Counted from the stretch's first letter, positions 9,479 to 17,366 are shown. The stretch: DNA of 32,000 nucleotides from Candidatus Brocadia sp. (GCA_021650915.1 CP091279.1:840001-872000); one strand, 5' to 3'. Notes: a model not told the origin generated them from the sequence alone. Numbers and translations are program-made.

Positions 9479-10351
9479 TTAGTAAAGGATCGAGGGCAGG
9501 AATGCGCCTGTGGGCTCATTATAGAGACCGATGCTCATGAGCGTCATCGGCTGGATTACGCGTAATCCATGGTCCAAACACCAACGGAACAGTTCCCCGT
9601 TGCGGGTAGGCAGGAGGAAACCGAGACCTGGGAACACAGGTGCCGCCCCGATGAGGGCTTTCAGCGCTTCGTTCGTCTCACCGACGGCATGGCCAAAGAA
9701 CGCAATCGGCGTGGCATACCCGGTGATACGCCCCCCGTGTTCGACAATGGTCGCAATGCCCTGCGTGACCGCATCGAGCAGTTCGCCACAACGGTCATGG
9801 CCGTGAACCTGCGCGCAGACCCGATTGCAGGTGTCCATATCGCGCTCGGTGGCTGGGCGTACGGTGTATCCGGGAATCTGCACGGCGAGGGGCGCTCCCT
9901 GCATGATGGAAAGCGGCTCGCGGGCTGTAAACCCTAGTTTCGCATACAGTGAGAGCGAACGGTTATGAAACGCCCCTTGCACCAACCGGACCCCTGGAAA
10001 GCGCCTCTGTGTCACCCGATTAAGGACGTGCTGCATCAGTTGACGGCCGACTGAACGGTTTTGCGCGGCAGGATCAACCGTAATCGGCCCGATGCCCGCT
10101 ACGACAGAACGTTCGTCAAGAAAGTTGCTGCCAACGATCTGACCGTCAAGCTCGGCAACCACCGCATGGAAACCGGGATGCGCAAGTAGCCCCGCCAGGA
10201 ATTCAGTGGCAACTTCGGGTGAGGCAAAGTCCGGCGGGAAATTGTGCAGCTCGGCTATCGTCTTGAAGGCTTCGTAACAGATCGCGCCACAACGCGTGGA
10301 GTCTTTAGCATTGCCCGGTCGTAGCGTGACGTTCATTGGCACTTTCTCCAT
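9479..10351 (-). CDS. GNAT family N-acetyltransferase (two-lobed, ~290 aa)
   Basis: Motif A reads QNRSVGRQLMQHVLNRVTQRRFPGVRLVQGAFHNRSLSLYAKLGF. The DNA is GC-rich relative to its surroundings. An alternative start is MNVTLRPG at 10336, behind a GGAG. Confidence 0.8.
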   Translation of the reverse strand: MEKVPMNVTLRPGNAKDSTRCGAICYEAFKTIAELHNFPPDFASPEVATEFLAGLLAHPGFHAVVAELDGQIVGSNFLDERSVVAGIGPITVDPAAQNRSVGRQLMQHVLNRVTQRRFPGVRLVQGAFHNRSLSLYAKLGFTAREPLSIMQGAPLAVQIPGYTVRPATERDMDTCNRVCAQVHGHDRCGELLDAVTQGIATIVEHGGRITGYATPIAFFGHAVGETNEALKALIGAAPVFPGLGFLLPTRNGELFRWCLDHGLRVIQPMTLMSIGLYNEPTGAFLPSILY

Positions 10352-10387
10352 CTATCGCTCATTTGGTTGGCCCCTTGTTGTTGTAAC

Positions 10388-10445
10388 ATCTAACGGTTGA
10401 ATTCAGCGGCGGCATTACGACATCTGCTGGAATGATGTGTTAGGT
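10388..10445 (-). other. attC-like recombination site (site A)
   Basis: The + strand reads ATCTAAC GGTTGA ATTCAGC [18-nt loop] GCTGGAAT GATGT GTTAGGT. The core boxes fit RYYYAAC/GTTRRRY, the spacers are 6 and 5 nt and unpaired, and there is one bulged G on the right arm. Confidence 0.6.
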
Positions 10446-10526
10446 CTTTTCTATTTATGCTACCCGACAGACTTATACCCATCAAGTTAGAACTTTTCCT
10501 ATTACCCTCCGCATAAAATACTAAAC

Positions 10527-10732
10527 CTATAGATTTTTTATAAACTCTTCAATATCGATCTCCGCATCTTTTAGAGCGCCTTTCAGAGTATACCTATCAA
10601 CTTCATCATGAAAGGGAAAAACTATCTTCCTGCCATCTGGATGTTTCATCTTTACATGACTGCCTTTTCTCTAAATCCCATCCGTTTTAGTGCTGTCCAA
10701 ACCTCTCGTCCTGATAATAGAGGGAGTTTCAT
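10527..10732 (-). pseudogene. hicA: HicA-family toxin, frameshifted
   Basis: The ATG at 10732 overlaps the hicB stop (ATGA). The first frame gives MKLPLLSGREVWTALKRMGFREKAVM* with its stop at 10654-10652. A shifted frame starting at 10664 continues GSHVKMKHPDGRKIVFPFHDEVDRYTLKGALKDAEIDIEEFIKNL* with its stop at 10529-10527. The shift sits in the A-run GAAAAGG. Confidence 0.75.
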
Positions 10733-10929
10733 AACGCCACTTCATAAACCTTATGCTTACTATCTTCTATTAACACCTCATCAGGTTCTAAATATAACCC
10801 TATTGCTTCCTTAATATTCATTAATGCCTCTTCTTCTGTCTTCCCCTGACTCCAACAGCTTTTTAACGATGGACAACGAGCTACAAGGTAACCATCTTCT
10901 CCTTCCTCTACTATAACTTTTATTTTCAT
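10729..10929 (-). CDS. hicB: HicB-family antitoxin (UPF0150)
   Basis: 66-aa ORF reading KVIVEEGEDGYLVARCPSLKSCWSQGKTEEEALMNIKEAIGLYLE, the typical HicB N-domain pattern. An AAGGAG ribosome-binding site lies upstream. Confidence 0.85.
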   Translation of the reverse strand: MKIKVIVEEGEDGYLVARCPSLKSCWSQGKTEEEALMNIKEAIGLYLEPDEVLIEDSKHKVYEVAL

Positions 10930-11019
10930 CTCCTTTATCCTTTTTTGAGTTTTTATTAAGCTATTATTTTTCTGGATACCTCTGCTTTATCTAAATCAGC
11001 CATGTATATAATCAATTTA

Positions 11020-11078
11020 ACCTAACGCGCACCTTCACGCGCGGCTGGCACGCCGTCGCGTGCAAGATGATGTTGGGC
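11020..11078 (-). other. attC-like recombination site (site B)
   Basis: The + strand reads ACCTAAC GCGCAC CTTCACGCGCGGC TGGCAC GCCGTCGCGTGCAAG ATGAT GTTGGGC. It forms a 13-bp stem with two bulged bases (T11056, C11063), both on the right arm. The last 14 codons of the P-loop ORF run into the site. Confidence 0.6.
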
Positions 11079-11532
11079 AGTTGAGTCCGAGAATTCGATC
11101 AACCACATCCTTCACGGGCACGGTTGTCTTGATCTCATGAGTGTATCGTTCTCGGAGCAGAGGTTCAATCTGCTCCAGGTCTGTCAGGATTCGCGCCATC
11201 TCCGCAGGAGTCTGGCCAAAGGCGTTGTTTGAGCGAGAACGGATGCGCTCCGTCATGATGTCACGTGGTGCACTCAACAGGATTATCGATCCGAACCGGT
11301 CGTATAGGTCGGCTTGCTCCTCGGCGCACCCAGACACGAACAGCCTATTCGTTCCGGCTTCTGTCATGGCTTGCTCAAGGCAATCCATATTCCAGTGCAG
11401 ATGCCCCTCTGCATCCATGGACGACCATCCGGGCTCGTCCATGTCGATACACTGGAATCCCCGGCACCACAACTCACCAACAACGGACGTCTTGCCAACA
11501 CCGGATATCCCGGTGATGAGAGTGGGCTTCAC
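11035..11532 (-). CDS. P-loop NTPase (small nucleoside/shikimate-kinase-like AAA protein)
   Basis: 165-aa ORF with the Walker A motif GISGVGKTS. Its size and layout resemble AAA_33/adenylate-kinase-like proteins. The C-terminal tail is encoded by the attC-like site. Confidence 0.7.
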   Translation of the reverse strand: MKPTLITGISGVGKTSVVGELWCRGFQCIDMDEPGWSSMDAEGHLHWNMDCLEQAMTEAGTNRLFVSGCAEEQADLYDRFGSIILLSAPRDIMTERIRSRSNNAFGQTPAEMARILTDLEQIEPLLRERYTHEIKTTVPVKDVVDRILGLNCPTSSCTRRRASRA

Positions 11533-11547
11533 GGTCGCTTCCTTTGT

Positions 11548-12015
11548 TCAACGCCCGAAATCAGCGTCCGCTGGACTGAGTTCTTCTGTTTCAAGCCTGT
11601 TTGAGTTACCGATGATGTACGGCTGAAGTGAGACCATAAGTTCTTTGGACGGCCTCGTCGCACTGTATAGCCCCCTCGTAAGCCAAGACGCGGTATTAAG
11701 CCAACCCGTCGTGCGCCCGACCAGACTAACCAAGGTGTCGTGTGGCACCAGGCACCAACCACCAGGCACTGGAAAGACGATGTACAGACCCTTGCCACAA
11801 TATTGCTTCGCAACCGTGATGCGGCCCTTGAGCTGCACCCTGAGGGTGTCGTTGCCGTCCTTGTGGTAGGCCAGAAAGTCGGCGCCGCGCCAGTCATCTG
11901 CAAGCTTGATGCAATTGAACCCGTAGTCGGCTAACGAGGCAGCAACTTTCTGGAAGTTGTAGGTCTCCTGCTGCTTCGCGGATAGTTGGCTGTAGGTAAT
12001 GCGATCAAACTTCAT
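11548..12015 (-). CDS. hypothetical protein (possible PD-(D/E)xK nuclease fold)
   Basis: 155-aa ORF located 15 bp upstream of the P-loop gene. The spacing in ...LADDWRGADFLAYH...LRVQLKGR is compatible with a D...(E/Q)xK nuclease core. This is inference only. Confidence 0.55.
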   Translation of the reverse strand: MKFDRITYSQLSAKQQETYNFQKVAASLADYGFNCIKLADDWRGADFLAYHKDGNDTLRVQLKGRITVAKQYCGKGLYIVFPVPGGWCLVPHDTLVSLVGRTTGWLNTASWLTRGLYSATRPSKELMVSLQPYIIGNSNRLETEELSPADADFGR

Positions 12016-12166
12016 CTTATTAATCGTCTCATAATAATATTAACATGCTGCAGCATACCTCGTTGTTTTATTATTGAAATAAGCACGCACTCTATCCTGT
12101 GTTTTTTGGATAAACCGCAAATGCTTTATTACTGCCCTCTGTAATTGCTTTGGATCGGTAATAATT

Positions 12167-13567
12167 TAGTAGCGTTGTCAAGTGGAGACCTGAGAAAAGT
12201 CCTCCAATGTATAGTTGTCACGCATCAAAGCCGTTGTAGTAATAGGCAAGCCGAATTTTGGTAACGTTCAGCGCCCCGGCAACACTCCATTTGCTCACAT
12301 TCACCCGCAGGTTAACCGTACGCATGACGCGCTCTACTTTACTTGTCGTTCTGCCATTGAGCCTCTTTTCTATCGCCGTAAACATATCAGGCCTGGCATT
12401 CTCAAGATAAGACGCGGTATGAGCATATCCCTTCGACAAACAATGCTGAATCACCGCATCCAATCGTTTCCTCTTGGACTCTATCATTTTCTCGATGGTC
12501 TTCTGACAATCAACCAATGGCCGTATCGCACAGACCTCCATAAGCTCCGACATCACCTCCAGCCATTCTTTCCCCTTGCTCTTGACCCCATCTTGCCACA
12601 ATACATACTTTGCCTGATACGGAATATGCCACAAACATCTCTGTACAAGCACCTTGATCTTACCTTTCAAACTATCCAAAATAGAGGTGTCTCCATCGGT
12701 TATCAAAAGAAACCGGGAAAACTTCCTGAACACCTTAACACTCTTACCAAAAAGCTTATCCCAACTACCGTTGTAATCCCCTATGTCAAGCCCTGCCACT
12801 CTCACCCCTCCACCGCTCTTGTATTGCACAAAGACCTTGAGTTCCTTGCCTCGTTTGGCTATCCCCTTAATCCCTACCCCTGTCCCGTCTGCTTTTCCCA
12901 GGGAAGTCCCTTCTCGTCGAGTTGAAAATCTATCTCTGCTGCCGTCTTTTGTACCGATTTCCCTATCGTCATCTTGTCTACGGTCCAGCCAAACATCGAC
13001 ACGATCTTCTTCGCTACCCGGTAGGTCGTTAACGACCCTACCAGACCAAGCTTCCGATACGTCTCTGGTGGTATTCGCTTCATCCGCTCCATCCCGAGAA
13101 GCTTTCGCGTTATATACATCTTAGGACCACACCCCTTGCACTGCACCTCTTGCACTGCACCTGCAACTGCTCTAATCTCAACCACTGAAAGACCGTCAGT
13201 ATCTTCGTCTCTTTTCCATGCCTCGTCTTCCAGATAAACTCCTTGTCATTCCCACATTCGTCGCAGCAAAATGGCTTCCGTGATTGCGCCATCGCACTCT
13301 CACCAAAACCAACCACGATCTTCCGAATAAAATCCCTTAATATCTCCGGCAGTATCTTGCAAAATGCCTTGAGAATCGACTCCAGGCTGCCGTCCTTTAA
13401 TTCAACCCGAATTTGACAACCAAATTCTACTGTGATACTCTCTGTGCATAGGGTTGCTCCCATATAGCCCTCCTTTTCTTTATGGTTTAGTTTCTTGTAT
13501 CAAAACTATTTTTTACCATATTTGGAGGGCTTTTTCTTTAACCAAGTCTCTCTTTTTCTACTCTACC
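12167..13567 (-). mobile_element. IS element B (about 1.4 kb), nested in IS630 copy 1
   Basis: It interrupts the IS630 sequence GGTAATAATTTGTCGACC exactly. A 7-8 bp target duplication, AATAATT(T), occurs at 12160-12166 and 13568-13574. The 3' third recurs at 16670-17118. Confidence 0.85.
12218..13463 (-). pseudogene. IS element B transposase (DDE type, family uncertain: IS256/ISLre2/ISKra4-like layout), two frameshifts
   Basis: Three consecutive ORF pieces: 13463-13110, 13185-12874 and 12829-12218. Zinc-ribbon-like CxxC pairs sit at the N-terminus, followed by ITDGDTSILD...QRCLWHIP...RTTSKVERVMRTVNLR...WS..GA. The first break coincides with a 14-bp tandem duplication and the second lies near 12830-12875. 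Confidence 0.8.
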
Positions 13568-14538
13568 AATAATTTGTCGACCAATTGCATTATTCTTAAC
13601 ATCATTCCAAACGCACTCATCAGGATTCAACTCCGGTGAATACGGCGGCAAAAAGAATAACCGAAAGCGTTCCTTTATGGATTCAATAAACTTGGTAACA
13701 CTACGCGCCTTGTGTGCCGGATGGCCATCAACAATCAAAAAGACCGTACGACTGCTACCATGAATCAGTCGCTTGATAAACTTGATAAACTGCCGCGCTC
13801 CGACACACCCTTTCACCACCATAAAGCGAAACTCGCCTTGCGCACTCACCGCCGAGATCATGTTCAGCCCAAAACGTGCACCGGTACTACTCACAATAGG
13901 AGTCTTCCCTTTCACTCCCCAGGTAGTACCTGCATGATGATCTGATCGAACTCCTGCTTCATCACCAAAAAATATCTGTGCCTTCATCTCCTGTGCCATC
14001 TTTTTGATCCTGGGATACTCCTCATTCAACCACTGTTGGACTTTTTCAGGCCTTTGTTGGTAAGCACGCCATAGAGGACGTTGCGGTGTTAGTCCCATTC
14101 GGGCTAACAGACGGCATACGGATGCCTTGCTCAGTTTTACACCAAAACGCTTATAGATCAACTCCCCTATCATTTTTGATGTCCACAACGCAAAGGTAAA
14201 TTTCAGCTGGAGAGGGTTTTTATCGACTATCGTCTTGTATATCCATTGCAGTGCCTTGGCATTAAGCCTGGGTTGGCGTCCTCCCCGTTTACGGGCATCC
14301 AAGGCTCCCCATCCACCACGGTTATACCGCGCCAACCAACCGTACATGGTTACACGGTTTATACCTATGGCTTTTGCCACTATCTCGGGACTTTGTCCTT
14401 CTTGCACACTATTTACCGCACGCTTTCTCAACTCGGTAAGCGTTTTGTGATCTAACCGTCTGGCATCACTCTTTTTCATAAATACATGATACCATATTGG
14501 CATTACTATGTCAATACTATTATGAGAAGGTTAATAAA

Positions 14539-14605
14539 ACATAACGCCAAAACTCAGCGGCAGTGGGCGCAGTTTCCCGTCGTCCGCTGCAGTACTTTGT
14601 TAGGC
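14539..14605 (-). other. attC-like recombination site (site C)
   Basis: The + strand reads ACATAAC GCCAAA ACTCAGCGG...CCGCTGCAGT ACTTT GTTAGGC, with bulged C14590 and T14583 on the right arm. The HepT stop codon (14602-14600) lies inside the GCCTAAC box. IS630 copy 1 is inserted 3 bp from the other box. Confidence 0.6.
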
Positions 14606-14869
14606 ATTCAACACCTCATGTATTTCTCTAATTAAAATAGGTAAATGATTCTCAACAGCCTTCCCGATAATCATTTCATCAATGATATCATAGCCATGTA
14701 TTAGGATGTGTCTGAAATCTATGATACGGTAATGCTCGGAAATTCTTTCAGGCAATTCATCATCAATTCTTTTAATCCTGTTAAGGGCTTCCCCGATAAT
14801 CTCAAAATCTCTTTCAACTGCTCTTTGTGTGACGACGCTATTTTGATATTCCTTACAGCTACAATCTTT
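14600..14869 (-). pseudogene. HepT/DUF86 (HEPN) toxin, N-terminally truncated
   Basis: Absent from the ORF track because it has no start codon. It reads ...KEYQNSVVTQRAVERDFEIIGEALNRIKRIDDELPERISEHYRIIDFRHILIHGYDIIDEMIIGKAVENHLPILIREIHEVLNA*, with the Rx4HxY HEPN motif as RHILIHGY. About 30 N-terminal codons and the expected upstream MNT antitoxin gene are missing. Confidence 0.75.
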
Positions 14870-15020
14870 GTAACACTTTAGTTTTTTGAAAAATTACCAT
14901 AATAACGATGTTGCCGCACGGTGTAGGGACGAAGCATCTGCCATAAATTGGCATAAATGTATTCACACCCCAAGCTGGCAAATGCTTCGCCCCTACTTTT
15001 TCAAAAAACTAAAGTGTTAC
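14870..15020. repeat. nested palindromic element (MITE-like)
   Basis: The outer inverted repeat is a perfect 24 bp, GTAACACTTTAGTTTTTTGAAAAA (14870-14893 versus 14997-15020). The inner repeat is ~20 bp, GTAGGGACGAAGCATCTGCC (14923-14942) versus GGCAAATGCTTCGCCCCTAC (14977-14996), with 18 of 20 positions complementary. Confidence 0.85.
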
Positions 15021-15076
15021 CTTTTTTTAAAGTGGAATCCTAACCACTGGTTTATACACAAGAGAGGAGGACGGCA

Positions 15077-16624
15077 ATGGAGAAGTTTCTGGAGAGATAT
15101 GATAGCAAAATCAGTGGGGTAATATCAACCTTTGATCGGATGATATTCAAGGGGCATATCCTGTCGTTTTTTCAAAAAGGCAACAGGCATCATTATTTAT
15201 TTCAGGAGAAGGTGTTGTTTAAGGATTTTGGTAAGTAAGCGAAGAAAGTGTCAGGTGAAATTAAGGATAAAGCGAGAGAGTTGTCGGACAAAGAGGGACG
15301 TCCGTTAATACCGCTGGATTCAAGCAGAATCAGCAAGGAGGACATTGCGCGGAAAGTACAAAAAGAAGAGGGAATAAAAGAAGGGCTTATTTGTGTCATA
15401 ACGATGGTAGAGCGGTGTGTATCGTTTGATACCCGGGGTAATAGAGAGACAGGGAAATGAGAGGTGGTAATTCGGGAGCGCCGATGTTTGTTTCTGTATT
15501 TTTATTACCAACACAAGGAGTTTGGTTTCATGCAAGTACGGATTCAGACGTGGTTTCCCTTTCAGATACAAATTTATATCAACGGACGTGAATGGTTGTG
15601 TAAACGGCTGGATAGGAAGGGCATTGGTTATCAGAGACACGACAATAGTATTATTCAGGTTGATGATGTAAAGGTGGCGCAGGAGATAGCGGAACGGTTT
15701 GTTGATGTCGGTTTTGTGAAGGCATTTGACGCGCTTTGCCGGCAGATAAATCCCGTTTTACCCCGGATAAAAAAGGTATTTTCTAAGGGATATTATTGGG
15801 TGCTGGATCAAGGGGAGTATGCAACCGATGTAATGTTCAAAGATCGGCAAAGTTTGCGAGAAATCTATCCGGAACTGGTAGAGCATGCCTTAGTGAACTT
15901 CAATGCCTCAGACGTGATGACCTTTTTGGGGAGAAAACTCACGGGTAATTTTCGAGGCGAGATTATAACGGATACGAAGAAAAGACCGCAAGGGGTTCGC
16001 ATCAAGCACCGCATGAAGAAGAATTCCCTGAAGATGTATGACACGTGGAGTGTGTTACGGGTGGAAACAACCATGAATAACCCGCGTGAGTTTAAGATAT
16101 ACCGTGAGGTAGAGCGTTGTGGTGAAAAAGTGATGAGATGGGTGCCTATGGGTAAGAGTGTGTTTCATCTTTACCGTTATGCTGAGGTATCGAAAAGCGC
16201 CAATGGGCGATATTTGGGTGCATTGTCAGCAGTTGTACCCCTGCACGATTGTGTAAAAGAACTGGAGCAACTTGCTCAACCTGTCCGTGATGGACAGAAC
16301 CGTCATTCCGGATTTAATCCATTATCCCCTGAAATAACCAGAGTATTTGAAGCCGTTTTAGACGGCGCTCATAGTATAAATGGTTTTAGAAATAAAGATT
16401 TGAGGAGCCAATTGTTTGGTGATAATACCAGGTCGCCGGAAGAGAAGAAAAAGACGGGCTCAAAAATAACGAGGATAATAAGAAAGCTCAGGGCTCACGG
16501 GCTTATATCGAAAATACCCCGTTCGACGAGGTATAAAGTTACTGAAAAAGGATATCGTATTTTGGGCGCATCTCTTGAAATGAAAAAGAAGCATCTCCCT
16601 ACAACAATGAAATATGTTGCTTAA
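15077..16624 (+). pseudogene. 515-codon ORF of unrecognised family, interrupted by two in-frame stop codons
   Basis: The ATG at 15077 follows a GAGGAGG ribosome-binding site. A single frame runs to 16624 with TAA at 15236-15238 and TGA at 15458-15460 and no frameshift. The ORF-track pieces 15248..15460 and 15464..16624 share this frame. The conserved-looking core reads GFMQVRIQTWFPFQIQIYINGREWL. Confidence 0.7.
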
Positions 16625-16669
16625 AAAAACTTACAAAAAAAAGAAGTTTTTACTGGGTAATACTATAGT

Positions 16670-17118
16670 AGGCAAAGTATGTATTGTGGCAAGATGGGGT
16701 CAAGAGCAAGGGGAAAGAATGGTTGCAGGTGATGTCTGAGCTTATGGAGGTCTGTGCGATACGGCCATTGGTTGATTGTCAGAAGACCATCGAGAAAATG
16801 ATAGAGTCCAAGAGGAAACGATTGGATGCGGTGATTCAGTATTGTTTGTCGAAGGGATATGCTCACACCGTTTCCTATCTTGAGAATGCCAGGCCTGATA
16901 TGTTTACGGCGATAGAAAAGAGGCTCAATGACAGAACGACAAGTAAAGTAGAGCGCATCATGCGTACGGTTAACCTGCGGGTGAATGTGAGCAAATGGAG
17001 TGTTACTGGGGCGCTGAACGTTACCAAAATTCGGCTTGCCTATTACTACAACGGCTTTGATGCGTGACAACTATACATTGGAGGACTTTTCTCAGGTCTC
17101 CACTTGACAACGCTACTA
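16670..17118 (+). mobile_element. partial copy of IS element B (3' terminal ~450 bp)
   Basis: Near-identical to the reverse complement of 12167-12615. ORF 16684..17067 matches the C-terminus of ORF 12218..12829 with a few substitutions. It shares the terminal ...TTGACAACGCTACTA. Confidence 0.85.
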
Positions 17119-17119
17119 A

Positions 17120-17323
17120 AAATTTTACTATAATGCAAGAGGTTCTCTATGGGAGTCTAAATATTGGGTTGATTTACTCCATGAGAGGGATCTAATTCAG
17201 GACGAGATTTACAAACCTATAATTGAAAAATTAGATGTGTTGGGAGTAAAGATAAACAATTTTATTTTTTCCATAAAATCAAGAGCCCATAAAGATAAAA
17301 ATAACAACAAATATCCACAATAA
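17120..17323 (+). pseudogene. four-helix-bundle protein (23S rRNA IVS-protein family), C-terminal fragment
   Basis: The frame is open from the IS-B junction and reads ...WESKYWVDLLHERDLIQDEIYKPIIEKLDVLGVKINNFIFSIKSR...*. This resembles the E..YW..L.......y..l......i.kml..li C-terminal helices of that family. No start codon is present. Confidence 0.45.
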
Positions 17324-17366
17324 CTACAAGTAACATTACACTCTTTCATAATTTCAGGATCATTGT

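Larger units (their letters stand above)
12040..14479 (-). pseudogene. IS630-family DDE transposase, split by nested IS insertion
   Basis: The N-terminal part is ORF 13538..14503, with the true start likely MKKSDARRLDH at 14479. It then reads into the nested IS. The C-terminal 46 codons (TDPKQLQRAVIKHLRFIQKTQDRVRAYFNNKTTRYAAAC*) lie at 12040-12159. DEAG, DGHPAH and ELNPDE motifs are present. Confidence 0.85.
12020..14534 (-). mobile_element. IS630-family element, copy 1 (1107 bp, interrupted by a nested IS)
   Basis: The termini are TTAA(C/T)C(G/T)TCTCATAATA(G/A)TATT(G/A)ACAT inverted repeats, flanked by TA at 12018-19 and 14535-36. Segments 12020-12166 and 13575-14534 are collinear with copy 2 (18327-23298). 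Confidence 0.9.

Noticed and set aside
12215-12925. 236-aa + strand ORF, with its twin at 16663..17070 on the minus strand
   Set aside because: It is the antisense shadow of the IS-B transposase frame. It has proline/leucine-rich low-complexity composition, and the opposite strand carries recognisable transposase motifs.
15236-15460. In-frame TAA and TGA in the 515-codon ORF read as programmed recoding (selenocysteine or a reassigned stop)
   Set aside because: Two different stop codons are involved. TAA cannot encode Sec, and I saw no SECIS-like hairpin after the TGA. Neighbouring genes use TAA and TGA as ordinary stops, so nonsense mutations in a pseudogene are the simpler reading.
15043-16668. 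ACTGGTTTATAC (about 15046) versus ACTGGGTAATAC (about 16653) as terminal direct repeats of the element carrying the 515-codon ORF
   Set aside because: The match is 10 of 12 positions. My rough estimate is that one such match between two 50-bp end regions is expected by chance.
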